Assembly (NCBI GenBank): GCA_964373715.1
Contig: CAYJVR010000008.1
Span: 8,468 to 72,467 of the forward strand
From: an uncultured Planctomycetia bacterium
GTDB lineage: Bacteria; Omnitrophota; Gorgyraeia; 1-14-0-20-64-10
Direction of reading: 5' to 3'
DNA: 64,000 nt
A program made the translations under genes and the position numbers. This document shows positions 1 to 10,215 of this stretch, one piece after another; the stretch's first letter is position 1; each line of letters begins with the position of its first letter. The notes beneath the pieces were generated by a model that saw only the letters and a program-made list of their open reading frames with translations, searched no databases and was not told where the DNA came from.

Positions 1-352
1 TCTTCAGAACAAACCGGACCCGGGACTCCAGAACAACCGGCAGGACCGGAGAAACAAGGAAATCTTCGATCCCGTTCAAGAGGGGCAATTCCCGCATGTG
101 GGATTCTGTCATGAGGACCAGCAGGGGAATTTCTTTAAATGAGGTTTTGTCGCGCACCTGGGCTACCAGATCGGCCAGCCGCCCGGCCGAAGTGCCGTCC
201 ACAACGGCCAAAAGGCATTTTTCCTTGAGCCCATCGAACCGGCTGAGGGTCCCAGCATCCACCATGCACACCCGGAAACCGGCCCGTACGAGATGCGCTT
301 TAATCTGGCGCAGGAATGCCTCATCGGAACCAATCAGCACGAGGGTATTCAC
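1..352 (-). CDS. Response regulator receiver (CheY-like) domain protein. N-terminal part only; it runs off the window edge.
   Basis: Manual minus-strand translation from a GTG at 352-350 gives MNTLVLIGSDEAFLRQIKAHLVRAGFRV...LLAVVD...IPLLVLM, a receiver-domain pattern. An AAGGAG Shine-Dalgarno sits at 363-358. The GTG start overlaps the nadE TGA stop as GTGA. Confidence 0.5.
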   Translation of the reverse strand, partial: MNTLVLIGSDEAFLRQIKAHLVRAGFRVCMVDAGTLSRFDGLKEKCLLAVVDGTSAGRLADLVAQVRDKTSFKEIPLLVLMTESHMRELPLLNGIEDFLVSPVLPVVLESRVRFVLK

Positions 353-2064
353 GCCGGCTCCTTAAACCGGTTCGTGAGCGGCATCCGGCGGTCGCGCCCA
401 AACGCGCGGGGAGTGATCTTAATCCCCGGGGCGGCCTGGCGGCGTTTGTACTCGTTGACGTCAATCATTCTCAAAACCTTTTCCACTTCCTTTACAGGCA
501 ATCCGCAATGCCGCCGGACCTCAGATGCCGGCAAATTCTGCTCCACATAAGCCTTGATTAAGCGGTCTAACTTGTCGTAAGGGGGCAGCGTATCCTGATC
601 TCTCTGATCCGGCTTCAATTCCGCGGACGGCGGACGCCGGAACACCGACTCCGGAATTACGTCACGTCCGAAGTGTTTATTCGCATACCGGCTAAGACGG
701 TAGACCCACGTCTTCGGCACATCCTTGATGACGGCGAATCCACCCGCCATGTCTCCATAAAGTGTACAGTATCCTGTGGAAATTTCCGACTTATTCCCCG
801 TAGAGAGAACAAGCCACCCGAACTTGTTCGCAAGCGCCATCAGAAGCGTCCCCCGAATTCTCGCCTGGAGATTCTCTTCCGTCGCGTCGGGCGCCCTTTT
901 TCCGAAAACCGGACGAAGCATGCCCAGCCACAACTGGAACACCTCTTCAATCGGAATCTCTTGGAAATCTACCCCCAACTGCCTGGACACCTTCTCCGCA
1001 TCCGCCCGGCTTCCCGCAGACGAATAGCGGGAAGGCATTGAGACCGCGGTCACCGATTCCTTTCCCAAAGCGGCGGCCGCGAGCGCCACGGTGAGCGCCG
1101 AATCGATCCCCCCGCTCATCCCAACCACAACATGCGTAAAACCGTTCTTCCGCACGTAGTCTCTTAAACCAAGCATCAGCGCACGGAATATCTCTTCCTC
1201 CGTCCGTAAAGGGGACACCGAGCGCTTCACGGCCGCGCCGCCCTTCGAAACCCTCCACGGAATCCGGGCCGGAACCCCTAAACCGTCATGGTGGGGGGCT
1301 GGGCGGACCGGCACATCAACCAGGAAAACACCCTCTTCAAACTGGGGAGCTCTGAAAAAGATCTTCCCGGAAGGGGCCACCGCCATCGATCCTCCATCAA
1401 AAACCAGCTCGTCCTGACCGCCGACGAGATTCACGTAAAGAATCCACGCCCCCGTTTCTTTCGCACGGCGGACCAGAACCTCTTCTCTTAACCGAAGCTT
1501 CCCGGCATGGTACGGCGATGCGGAAATGTTCACCAAAACTGAGGCGCCCGCAGAGGCCTCGGCTTGGCAGGGACCGTCGTCCACCCAGATATCCTCGCAG
1601 ATAGAAAGCCCGATCCGCAACGCACCACTCCGACCTGCCGCACCCGCAGAGACGGCGTCGAGCAAAACTGGCTGACTCCCTGGCGTAAAATAGCGCTTCT
1701 CGTCGAAAACACCGTAGTTGGGCAACCGCATCTTGCCGTAGGATGCGACAAGCTTCCCCCCGGCACCAACCGCCGCAGCGTTAACCAGGGAGCCTTTCCG
1801 GTCCTTATCGACATAACCAAAAACCGCGGTCGTTTTCCGGGTCAGCGGAATCAATCTCCTAACCAAATCCAGGTTAGCCTGAACAAAGGATGGCTTGAAC
1901 AGCAAATCCTCCGGCGGGTAGCCGGTGACGCAGAGCTCGGGAAAAATAACAAGATCGGCTTTCCCACGCGCGGCGCGGCGAATCGCATCCGCGATCTTCG
2001 ACCCGTTGGACGCAAAATCGCCAACGGTGACGTTTATCTGGGCCAAAGCGACGCGGAAACTCAT
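349..2064 (-). CDS. nadE: Glutamine-dependent NAD+ synthetase (N-terminal nitrilase-like domain plus NAD synthase domain)
   Basis: 571 aa. The N-terminal CN-hydrolase region has a VIFPEL motif, and the C-terminal domain carries the GMSGGIDSA PP-loop. Confidence 0.9.
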   Translation of the reverse strand: MSFRVALAQINVTVGDFASNGSKIADAIRRAARGKADLVIFPELCVTGYPPEDLLFKPSFVQANLDLVRRLIPLTRKTTAVFGYVDKDRKGSLVNAAAVGAGGKLVASYGKMRLPNYGVFDEKRYFTPGSQPVLLDAVSAGAAGRSGALRIGLSICEDIWVDDGPCQAEASAGASVLVNISASPYHAGKLRLREEVLVRRAKETGAWILYVNLVGGQDELVFDGGSMAVAPSGKIFFRAPQFEEGVFLVDVPVRPAPHHDGLGVPARIPWRVSKGGAAVKRSVSPLRTEEEIFRALMLGLRDYVRKNGFTHVVVGMSGGIDSALTVALAAAALGKESVTAVSMPSRYSSAGSRADAEKVSRQLGVDFQEIPIEEVFQLWLGMLRPVFGKRAPDATEENLQARIRGTLLMALANKFGWLVLSTGNKSEISTGYCTLYGDMAGGFAVIKDVPKTWVYRLSRYANKHFGRDVIPESVFRRPPSAELKPDQRDQDTLPPYDKLDRLIKAYVEQNLPASEVRRHCGLPVKEVEKVLRMIDVNEYKRRQAAPGIKITPRAFGRDRRMPLTNRFKEPA

Positions 2065-2070
2065 CGGTCC

Positions 2071-2874
2071 CTAAACCGCAACGATGGCCAAACCTCTCTG
2101 ATCGGCCTCGGCAACAAGCTCCGGCTTTTCAAAAAGCAGCGTCCTTTTGGCCTCCACCCCGATACAAGAAGCGCCCGACTCCGACATCGCACGGACCGTC
2201 TCAATCCCCAGAACGGGAATATCAAAACGCATATCATGCTGGGACCCGCACGCCTTGACGACAACACAGCCGGCCCCCGCAACCTGGCCCGCCCGCGCAA
2301 CAGCGGCGTCCGTCCCCTCCATCGCTTCAACAGCCACAACCGATTTCCGCCGGATGACCAGCGTCTGGCCTATGCCCAAACGGTTCAAATCGCGCGCCAA
2401 GGGAATTCCGTACAATACATCCGCCTGCTCCTCTGCGGTCGGCGGCCGCTTTGTCAAAACACCCTGCTGAGGAATCCACTCCTTCAAGAAAACGGATGAA
2501 TCCAAAACTTTAAATCCCTGCGATTCAAGATAATGGACGGCAATTTTCATCGCGGAAGCGCCGGAGCGGTCAGGGACAAATTTTAATAACTGCTGGACGA
2601 CCCCGTCAAACTTGGAATCCCCTTGAAGGAGCCTCTCCGGCCTGATCTGGCCGGCCAGGATCACCTCTTTAATCTCCTCTTTTTTCAGCAGATCCGGCAC
2701 ATCTCCAACATTATCGAGGGTCAGCCAGTACATCCGCCCAACCTCCTGCTCAAGAGAAGCGGCTGTTTCTTCCTTCAGGCCGATAGCCACCACGTCATAC
2801 CCCTGGGATTTGGCAGCCTTAGCCACATGAATCGGGAAACTCCTGTTCCCGGCAATCAAACCAAGTTTAGGCAT
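2071..2874 (-). CDS. lpxI: UDP-2,3-diacylglucosamine pyrophosphatase LpxI (DUF1009 family)
   Basis: 267 aa. It begins MPKLGLIAGNRSFP, typical of LpxI, and sits next to lpxC/lpxD. Confidence 0.65.
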   Translation of the reverse strand: MPKLGLIAGNRSFPIHVAKAAKSQGYDVVAIGLKEETAASLEQEVGRMYWLTLDNVGDVPDLLKKEEIKEVILAGQIRPERLLQGDSKFDGVVQQLLKFVPDRSGASAMKIAVHYLESQGFKVLDSSVFLKEWIPQQGVLTKRPPTAEEQADVLYGIPLARDLNRLGIGQTLVIRRKSVVAVEAMEGTDAAVARAGQVAGAGCVVVKACGSQHDMRFDIPVLGIETVRAMSESGASCIGVEAKRTLLFEKPELVAEADQRGLAIVAV

Positions 2875-2964
2875 ACTTCCATTATAAGCGTAAAAGCCGG
2901 CTTTAAGGCCAGCTCACTTGGTTGGTACAACACACAGATCCCTTCCGGGCGTTTCCCTTAATTT

Positions 2965-4314
2965 TTAGAGTTTCTCGTCCCCATCCAGCAAAGCAAACAT
3001 CAGGTCTGCCTCGGCGGCCACCTTCCCCTCCACAAGCGCGCGGGTGCGCATCTGGCCCGTTTTAGACCGGATCCTTAACACTTCGGTCTCCAACTGGAGG
3101 GTGTCTCCAGGCAAAACAGTGCGCCGGAAACGGACGTTATCCATCGCGATGAAGTAAGCGTATTTCCCCAGGTTCTCCTGCTTATTCAACAAAAGCAGGC
3201 CCGACAGCTGAGCAAGCGCTTCAATGATCAGCACCCCCGGCATCACGGGCCGGTTTGGGAAATGTCCCGTAAAAAAATGTTCGTTTATCGTGACATTCTT
3301 AATACCAACAGCCCGCTTGTCAGGAACAAGCTCCGTCACCTTGTCAACGAGAAGAAACGGGTACCGGTGGGGCAGTATCCTTTCGATCGCCAGAATATCC
3401 AAAGCGGTCGCTTCCGGCTCCACATGCTGGGCCTTAATGCCGCTTTCACGCCCGCGTTCCAAACTCTGATGGATCCTATGGATTAGTTTGAGGTTCAAGG
3501 AATGCCCGGACCGGAAAGCCAGCACATGGCCCTGGAGAGGCCTGCCCAGCAGATAAAGGTCCCCTATGAGATCCAGCACCTTGTGGCGCACGAATTCATC
3601 GGGATAACGCAATCGGTTGTTCAGAACCCGGCCATCCTTGTCCACGACAACAGTATTCTCATAGTTGGCCCCTTTGCCCAAACCAACCTTCCTTAAAGCT
3701 TCAACCTCCTGAGCCAAACAAAAAGTACGGGAAGGGGCCAGCTCGCTTTCAAACAGGACGGGCGTTACATCGCTGGAAAAAAATTGCGCGGAAAGGCCTG
3801 GCACCGGATAACTCAGCGTATACGACACACGAAACCTTTCATCCGGGAAGACGGCAACCACAGCGGTATCGTCCTCAACCCACACCGGCTCCCTGATCTG
3901 GACCGCCTTGCGCGAAACCGACTGCTCCTGCAATCCTGCCTGTTTAAATATTTCCAAGAACGGATAGGCCGACCCGTCAAGCCCGGGCACTTCCTCGCCG
4001 TTCAATTCTACGAGAAGGTTGTCGATTCCCACGCCGACACAGCTGGCCATAAGATGCTCGATCGTGTGGACTTCCACGGTGCTGTTACCCACCGAGGTGC
4101 GCCTTTGACGCCGGCTCGGCTCCAGGATCGCCAATACAGAGGCACGGATCGGCTGAGTGCCGGCCAAATCGGTCCGGACAAATGTGATTCCGGAATCCGG
4201 AGGAGCCGGCTTAAACTCGGCGCGAACAACGCAGCCGGTATGCAGGCCAACCCCCTCCACCCGGGCGGGCCGCCGGATTGTCTGCTGTTTAACGAGAGGG
4301 GTCTTTTCTTCCAA
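2965..4314 (-). CDS. lpxC-fabZ: Bifunctional UDP-3-O-acyl-GlcNAc deacetylase LpxC and 3-hydroxyacyl-ACP dehydratase FabZ fusion
   Basis: 449 aa. The N-terminus is LpxC-like (VEGVGLHTGCVV...FVRTDL). The C-terminus has the FabZ hot-dog motif ILPHRYPFLLVDKV...NEHFFTGHFPNRPVMPGVLIIEA. Confidence 0.9.
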   Translation of the reverse strand: MEEKTPLVKQQTIRRPARVEGVGLHTGCVVRAEFKPAPPDSGITFVRTDLAGTQPIRASVLAILEPSRRQRRTSVGNSTVEVHTIEHLMASCVGVGIDNLLVELNGEEVPGLDGSAYPFLEIFKQAGLQEQSVSRKAVQIREPVWVEDDTAVVAVFPDERFRVSYTLSYPVPGLSAQFFSSDVTPVLFESELAPSRTFCLAQEVEALRKVGLGKGANYENTVVVDKDGRVLNNRLRYPDEFVRHKVLDLIGDLYLLGRPLQGHVLAFRSGHSLNLKLIHRIHQSLERGRESGIKAQHVEPEATALDILAIERILPHRYPFLLVDKVTELVPDKRAVGIKNVTINEHFFTGHFPNRPVMPGVLIIEALAQLSGLLLLNKQENLGKYAYFIAMDNVRFRRTVLPGDTLQLETEVLRIRSKTGQMRTRALVEGKVAAEADLMFALLDGDEKL

Positions 4315-5389
4315 GTCTTTCCTCGAGGGTCTCTACCCGTTTTTTCAACAGATCAATGGCCTTATACAATTCGGGAAGACGCTGGACACCTGCATTCGTC
4401 CGCTTTACCTTGGCTAACGGCCGGGCCGGACAACCCCATACCGACGCACCGGGGGGAATCGACTTTGTAACGCCGGCCTGAGCGCCCACTATAACGTTAT
4501 CGCCGATTGTGATATGCCCGACAACACCGGCCTGGCCCGCCAGCACAACGTTATCCCCCAGGATGGTGGAGCCTGAAATTCCGGCCTGCGACACGATGAT
4601 CCCATTGGACCCAATCTCCACGTTATGGGCAATCTGGACCAGGTTATCAATCTTCGTCCCCTTGCCCACCACGGTCCTGCCGAACCGGGCCCGGTCGATG
4701 GCCACATTCGCCCCTATCTCAACATCGTCTTCAATCGCTACGGTGCCGATTTGAGGAATCTTATGGTGTATCCCCTGGACGGTAGCAAAACCGAAACCAT
4801 CGGAACCGATCACCGTTCCGGAGTGGATGACAACCCTGTGGCCGATTGCAACCCTTTCCCGGACTGAAACGTTAGGATAGATAAGGCAATCGTTACCGAT
4901 GCGGGTGCCGCGGCCGATATAGGAACCGGCATAGATGACCGTGCGGTCGCCTATTTCCGCACCATCCTCAATGACAGCGAACGCCTGAACCGAAACCCCC
5001 TTACCGAGCCTCACCTTCTTGCCGATAAGCGCCTTCGGGCTTATTCCAATAGGATGTTTCTCCGCGGACGGAAGAAAACGGGAAACCAGCCGTGAAAAAG
5101 CAAGGGAGGGGTTCTCGGTCCGGACAATCGGCTTTGAAGCGGCGCGCACATCTTTAGAGGTGATAACCGCGGAAGCCCGCGTCGTTTCCAAAAGATGCTG
5201 ATATTTCGAATTGGCAATGAAGGTGATGTCCCCCGGTTTTGCCTCTTTAATACCGCAGATTCCGGTAATAAGGGTTTTGCCGTCCCCCACGACATCGCCT
5301 GAAACAATTTTGGCGATCTCGCTTACCGTGCAGGCGGCCGCACCATCCCACTTTCGATCGGGGGTACCCCGTTTTGCTTTCTTCGGCAT
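4289..5389 (-). CDS. lpxD: UDP-3-O-(3-hydroxyacyl)glucosamine N-acyltransferase
   Basis: 366 aa. Left-handed beta-helix hexapeptide repeats, an LpxD-like N-terminus, and a position directly downstream of skp/bamA. Confidence 0.9.
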   Translation of the reverse strand: MPKKAKRGTPDRKWDGAAACTVSEIAKIVSGDVVGDGKTLITGICGIKEAKPGDITFIANSKYQHLLETTRASAVITSKDVRAASKPIVRTENPSLAFSRLVSRFLPSAEKHPIGISPKALIGKKVRLGKGVSVQAFAVIEDGAEIGDRTVIYAGSYIGRGTRIGNDCLIYPNVSVRERVAIGHRVVIHSGTVIGSDGFGFATVQGIHHKIPQIGTVAIEDDVEIGANVAIDRARFGRTVVGKGTKIDNLVQIAHNVEIGSNGIIVSQAGISGSTILGDNVVLAGQAGVVGHITIGDNVIVGAQAGVTKSIPPGASVWGCPARPLAKVKRTNAGVQRLPELYKAIDLLKKRVETLEERLGRKDPSR

Positions 5390-5399
5390 GTCACTTCAA

Positions 5400-5954
5400 C
5401 TAAGAAGCGTCGGGACGATTCTTGGCGGACCGGCCGTTGAGGATGGACAGGATATCGTCAGTGACATCCAGCGAATCAACGCCGTAGAGGATCGCACGAT
5501 CGGTCAGAATCATCTGGAAACCGTTCTGTTTCGCGTAACCGGAGACAGCCACCTCGATCTCGTCAAAGATGCCTTTTAACACCTCTTCCCTCTGCTTGCG
5601 AAGAGCCTCCTTGGCTTCCCGGTCAAAATTCGCAAGACCCTTGATCTTCTCCTCGATCGCTTGCTGGCGCTCATGCCGGCTGTCTTCATTCAACAACACC
5701 AACTCTTCACGCATGTTTTTAATTTCAGAAACGATCTTCTCCCTCTCGGCCTGCTTCTCATTCGACAACGACTCCATCTGGCTTTCAGAGGACTTCGTTT
5801 TGTCATACCCATCAAAAACTTTCCCCAACCGGACGATGCCCAGCTTTATGGAAGGAGCGGACGGCTCGGCCACGCAAACAGACGAAACGATAAAAGAAAA
5901 CGATAGTACACCGCTAAAAAGAATCCCCACAAACGCAAAGTAGAATTTTCTCAT
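5400..5954 (-). CDS. skp: Periplasmic chaperone Skp/OmpH
   Basis: Signal peptide MRKFYFAFVGILFSG followed by a coiled-coil, Lys/Glu-rich body, in the conserved position between bamA and lpxD. Start chosen at the ATG at 5954, immediately after the bamA TAA. Confidence 0.8.
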   Translation of the reverse strand: MRKFYFAFVGILFSGVLSFSFIVSSVCVAEPSAPSIKLGIVRLGKVFDGYDKTKSSESQMESLSNEKQAEREKIVSEIKNMREELVLLNEDSRHERQQAIEEKIKGLANFDREAKEALRKQREEVLKGIFDEIEVAVSGYAKQNGFQMILTDRAILYGVDSLDVTDDILSILNGRSAKNRPDAS

Positions 5955-5955
5955 C

Positions 5956-8310
5956 TTAGAAACTCCGACTTGCTGAAAAATGAAGCCTCCCCGTCTTCCG
6001 CTCACCCTTCTCAGGATTAATCGGCCAACCGTAATCCAGTTTTACAGGCCCAAAAGGGGTCTTAATGCGGGCGCCTGCCCCGGCGCCGAATTTAAACCCG
6101 CCGCTGCCAAAATCCTCAATATCTCTCCAAACGTTACCCATATCGGAGAACAGCGCCCCCTTGATGAAATCGGCAAAAGGAACCGTGTACTCCACGTTAA
6201 ACATGGCAAGAGCTTCGCCGCCGATAGGATCCCGCGTGATCGGATCCTTAGGGCTAATGCGCCTTTCTCTGTAACCTCGGACAGTATCGGCGCCGCCGGC
6301 AAAAAACCTCTCAAAGATCGGGACCTCCGACGAATCTCCATAATCACTCGCAACCCCGAGGTTGGACCGGAATTCTAATGTTTGTTCTTTAACAAACGGT
6401 TCAAAGTAGACCGAACCTGTTCCTGTCCATTTCCAGAAATCCTCATTTCCGCCTAAGATCGAACCGGCCCCTTCGATGTAAGAGTTGAGATAATATCCTT
6501 TCTTAGGGTTAAAGATGTTGTCCCGCATATCCCGGGTATAACCTAAACGTATGGCTGAAACGGTGTTGGTCCCAACTTCATCTTTTAAAGCGGAGGAAGC
6601 GGCATCCGAAACATTGCTGACCTTCACCTGCTCCAGACGGTACATGAGGCCCACCTTGTCATAATCGCTCAGCGTCTTACCGAGACGCAGATCCCCTCCG
6701 GTCCTTTTTAAATCAAAGCTGTATCCTTCCGCCTCTGTCCGTGTCGTATTAAACAGATCAAAACCGAACAGGTAGGGCTTGTCAAAAACCCACGGCTCAG
6801 TGAATGTTAATTCAAAATCTCGTCTCGTGGTGCCAAACATCGTTCGGAACTTCAGTTCCTGCCCGCCGCCCGTGAAGGTCGGCCAGTTGAAAAGATCGAA
6901 ATTTCTCTGAGTGATCTCCGCGAAACCGATGACGCTGTCCACGGAACTGAAGCCCCCTCCGAAAGAAAACTCGCCGGTCTTCGTTTCCTTCACCGTAACA
7001 ACGAGATTCCTTTTGTCGGAAGCTTCCGAAGGAACCGTCTCCAGAGTCACCTCTTCGAAATAGCCTAAATTGTAGAGCCGTTCCTTCGACCGCCGCAGCC
7101 TGTCGCCGTCAAACCTTTCTCCTGGCGCAATCCGCAACTCACGCCGGATGACGATATCGCGCGTCTTCACATTGCCCCGGACGATGATCTGATCCACATA
7201 AGAGATCGAACCTTCCGAGACATCGTAAGTGATGTCCACCTTGCCCGTCTGGGGGTTCACCGCAGTGGCAGAATCCACCGTAGCCCCCATATATCCTTTG
7301 GCAAAATAGGCCGACTGGATTTTTGATGTGTCCTGGGACAAGTGTTCCAGGCTGAAGGGATCTCCGTTTTTCAATTCCAGCCCCTCCTTCACCTGCCCTT
7401 CGGGGAGCTGCGAAATTCCCCTGAAAGAGGTGTCCCCCACAAGATAGCGAGACCCCTCCTCAATTGTCATGGTGATGGTGAGCCCCCTCTTCTTATCATC
7501 AAACGCAGCGGAAGAATCGACTTTCACATCGCTGTACCCATCCACTCTGTAAAGACGAGAAAGCCGCTCTTCGTCATCCTCAAGAACCTCTGGACGATAA
7601 TACCCTGCGGTAAACCACCACCCCCGCTTCGTCGCCATCGCCTTGCGCAACTTCCTGCCTGAGATGTGCTCATTCCCCACAAGCTCTATGTTCCTGACGC
7701 GGATCTTGCGGCCTTCGTTAATGCTGATAAAGATCGTCACCTTGTTCGTCCCCTCATCCACCTTCACTTCCTGGGAGACTTCGGCCAGATAGAAACCCTT
7801 TGTCCTGTAGAGCTGCTGGATCTTTTCGAGATCCTCCTTAAGCTGCCGGCGGTCGAGAAGCTCCTGCTCTTTCGTACTTATCTCTTCACGGATCTTCTGC
7901 TCCCTGAAATGGCGGTTGCCCGTGATGACGATGGAGGCCACTAGAGGACGCTCTTTGACCCGGAATCGGACAAGCTGCCCCTCCTGGTAGGGGCGAATCT
8001 CCGCGGAGACATCTGTAAAAAAACCGGTCCCATAGAGACGCTTGATATCCTCATCCACGAAGGCCTGCGTAATGCGGTCTCCAGGACGGGTTTTAATCTT
8101 GGCCAAAATGGTCCCTGAAGAGACGATTTTATTCCCCTCAACCTCCACGGAGACCACCTGAAATTCCTCCTCTCCGTATGAAATGGCTGAAGAAAAGCCG
8201 GAGAAAAAGGAGAAGAGAAGAACAGGCAATAAAATGACTCTTGATTTTTTTAGAAGAATATTTAGCATGGCTATGTGGAGTACTTTAACACAGGCTGTTT
8301 GCAAAGACAA
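5956..8310 (-). CDS. bamA: Outer membrane protein assembly factor BamA
   Basis: 784 aa. POTRA-like repeats (VEGNKIVSSGTI...), a C-terminal beta-barrel ending in F, and the bamA-skp-lpxD gene order. Confidence 0.9.
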   Translation of the reverse strand: MSLQTACVKVLHIAMLNILLKKSRVILLPVLLFSFFSGFSSAISYGEEEFQVVSVEVEGNKIVSSGTILAKIKTRPGDRITQAFVDEDIKRLYGTGFFTDVSAEIRPYQEGQLVRFRVKERPLVASIVITGNRHFREQKIREEISTKEQELLDRRQLKEDLEKIQQLYRTKGFYLAEVSQEVKVDEGTNKVTIFISINEGRKIRVRNIELVGNEHISGRKLRKAMATKRGWWFTAGYYRPEVLEDDEERLSRLYRVDGYSDVKVDSSAAFDDKKRGLTITMTIEEGSRYLVGDTSFRGISQLPEGQVKEGLELKNGDPFSLEHLSQDTSKIQSAYFAKGYMGATVDSATAVNPQTGKVDITYDVSEGSISYVDQIIVRGNVKTRDIVIRRELRIAPGERFDGDRLRRSKERLYNLGYFEEVTLETVPSEASDKRNLVVTVKETKTGEFSFGGGFSSVDSVIGFAEITQRNFDLFNWPTFTGGGQELKFRTMFGTTRRDFELTFTEPWVFDKPYLFGFDLFNTTRTEAEGYSFDLKRTGGDLRLGKTLSDYDKVGLMYRLEQVKVSNVSDAASSALKDEVGTNTVSAIRLGYTRDMRDNIFNPKKGYYLNSYIEGAGSILGGNEDFWKWTGTGSVYFEPFVKEQTLEFRSNLGVASDYGDSSEVPIFERFFAGGADTVRGYRERRISPKDPITRDPIGGEALAMFNVEYTVPFADFIKGALFSDMGNVWRDIEDFGSGGFKFGAGAGARIKTPFGPVKLDYGWPINPEKGERKTGRLHFSASRSF

Positions 8311-8327
8311 CCGGCCAGCCTTAAGCC

Positions 8328-9704
8328 TTAACTGTTTCTGAGAGAAAGGTTTTCGAACCGCGTGGACTCTTTCAAAAAGGTCATAGACACGGACCCAATC
8401 GGGCCGTTTCGCTGTTTAGCAATGATCAGCTCCGCTCTGCCGCGGTTGTCTTCCGTGGGCTTGTAAACCTCCTCCCTGTACAACAGGAGGACAAGATCAG
8501 CATCCTGCTCAATCGCTCCGGATTCGCGCAAATCAGACAGCTGAGGACGCCGATCCTCGCGCTGTTCCGGGGCCCTGGAGAGCTGGCTGACCGCCACAAC
8601 AGGCACATGGAGTTCTTTGGCAAGCGCTTTCAGGGAACGAGATATCTCGGATATCTCCTGTTGCCTATTCTCCGAACGACCCGGCCCCCGCATCATCTGG
8701 AGGTAATCCACGATCACCAATCCGATGTTGTGTTTCGCCTTTAAACGCCTCGCCTTGGCGCGGAGTTCCAGCACGGTCATGGCCGGGGCGTCATCAATCA
8801 TGATCGGAGCTTCGGATAATTTCCCCGCCGCGTTGCTGAGGTTGCGCCAATCCGATTGGGCAAGAAATCCGGTCCGGGCCTTGTGCACATCCACCCTGCT
8901 GTACGAACACAACAGTCGGTGCGCCAATTGCTCCTTTGACATTTCCAAGCTGAAAATAATGGCGGGGATCCGATCCACCACGCCGACATGCTCCGCTATA
9001 CAGGTGACCAAAGCCGATTTCCCCATAGAAGGCCGGCCGGCGATGATGATCAGATCTCCCGGCTGCAATCCCGCCGTCTGGATATCCAAATCGTGGAACC
9101 CTGTCGGAACGCCGGTTACCATATCTTTGCGCTGCGACAACCTCTCCAGAGTCTCCATGGAATCATGGAGGAGGTCTTTAACGAAAATGGCGTTTGAATC
9201 GGACGTTTTCGACGTTAAATCAAAGAGCAGCTGTTCGGCCTTGTCCACCAAAGCCTCAACCTCATCCTGGCTCTCGTAACATTCGCCAACGATCTGCGTG
9301 CTCGTGGAGATCAGGCTGCGCAGCATTGCCTTTTGCTTGACGATCTTCGCGTAGTGCAGCACATTCGCCGCGGTGGGAACAACCATGGTCAAAGAGGCGA
9401 GATAATGAGCGCCGCCGACCTGCTCCAATCGCCCCTCGGCCTTAAGCGCCTCAGTCACGGTAACGAGATCAACCGCTTTTTGCTGAGTAAACAGGGAGAC
9501 GATCGCTTCGAAAATCTTCCTGTGAGAATCGCGGTAGAAAACGGCCGGCTGGAGCATCTCGACGGCGACGGGAACCGCTTCCTCATCAATCAGCAAGGAC
9601 CCCAATACCGCCATCTCCGCCTCCAGATTCTGGGGCGGAACTTTCTCAGTAATCTGCTCTATTGTTGTGGTGGGCACGATACTATGCTTTTGGGACAACC
9701 GCAA
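8328..9704 (-). CDS. dnaB: Replicative DNA helicase DnaB
   Basis: 458 aa. N-terminal PPQNLEAEMAVLGSLL, a Walker A motif GRPSMGKSA, and RecA-like C-terminal motifs. Confidence 0.9.
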   Translation of the reverse strand: MRLSQKHSIVPTTTIEQITEKVPPQNLEAEMAVLGSLLIDEEAVPVAVEMLQPAVFYRDSHRKIFEAIVSLFTQQKAVDLVTVTEALKAEGRLEQVGGAHYLASLTMVVPTAANVLHYAKIVKQKAMLRSLISTSTQIVGECYESQDEVEALVDKAEQLLFDLTSKTSDSNAIFVKDLLHDSMETLERLSQRKDMVTGVPTGFHDLDIQTAGLQPGDLIIIAGRPSMGKSALVTCIAEHVGVVDRIPAIIFSLEMSKEQLAHRLLCSYSRVDVHKARTGFLAQSDWRNLSNAAGKLSEAPIMIDDAPAMTVLELRAKARRLKAKHNIGLVIVDYLQMMRGPGRSENRQQEISEISRSLKALAKELHVPVVAVSQLSRAPEQREDRRPQLSDLRESGAIEQDADLVLLLYREEVYKPTEDNRGRAELIIAKQRNGPIGSVSMTFLKESTRFENLSLRNS

Positions 9705-10131
9705 CCTGGAGGATCGTGACCACCTCCGGATGAAGCTTGAGGGTTACCGGGTGCGTCCCGATATGGTTAAGCGTCCCTTCAAGGAGAATCTGATGTTTAT
9801 CCAAAGAAATCCCTTTTTCCAGCAAGGCATCGACAATATCCGAAGCGGTCACCGAACCGTAAAGCTTCCCTTGCTGCCCCACGGCAACAGGGATGGTGCA
9901 CGTTATCCGTCCTAAGGAAGCGGATAGCTCAACCGCCTTCTGTTTGAGTGTCTGGGACTTTCGAAGCTGAGCGGCCTGCAGAGACTGAGCTTGATTTTTA
10001 TATCCGCCGGTAACCGGCAACGCCAGTCCCCGAGGGAAAAGGCAGTTCCTAGCGTATCCTTCTTTGACAGAAACCGTCTGACCAGCCTTGCCGACGCCCT
10101 TCACATCCTTGCTGAGAATGACATCCATCAA
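9682..10131 (-). CDS. rplI: 50S ribosomal protein L9
   Basis: 149 aa. Begins MDVILSKDVKGVGKAGQTVSVKEGYARN. Confidence 0.9.
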   Translation of the reverse strand: MMDVILSKDVKGVGKAGQTVSVKEGYARNCLFPRGLALPVTGGYKNQAQSLQAAQLRKSQTLKQKAVELSASLGRITCTIPVAVGQQGKLYGSVTASDIVDALLEKGISLDKHQILLEGTLNHIGTHPVTLKLHPEVVTILQVAVVPKA

Positions 10132-10215
10132 AAACCAGCGCCTCTACGAACGAAGATCGGCAGGCCCAAAATACCCTCCGACCGGATGATTACGGACGCC
10201 GCAACGCGCCGCAAA

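Noticed and set aside
1564..2499. 311-aa plus-strand ORF
   Set aside because: It is antisense to nadE and lipxI. It has no recognisable domain and its composition is typical of a GC-rich antisense frame.
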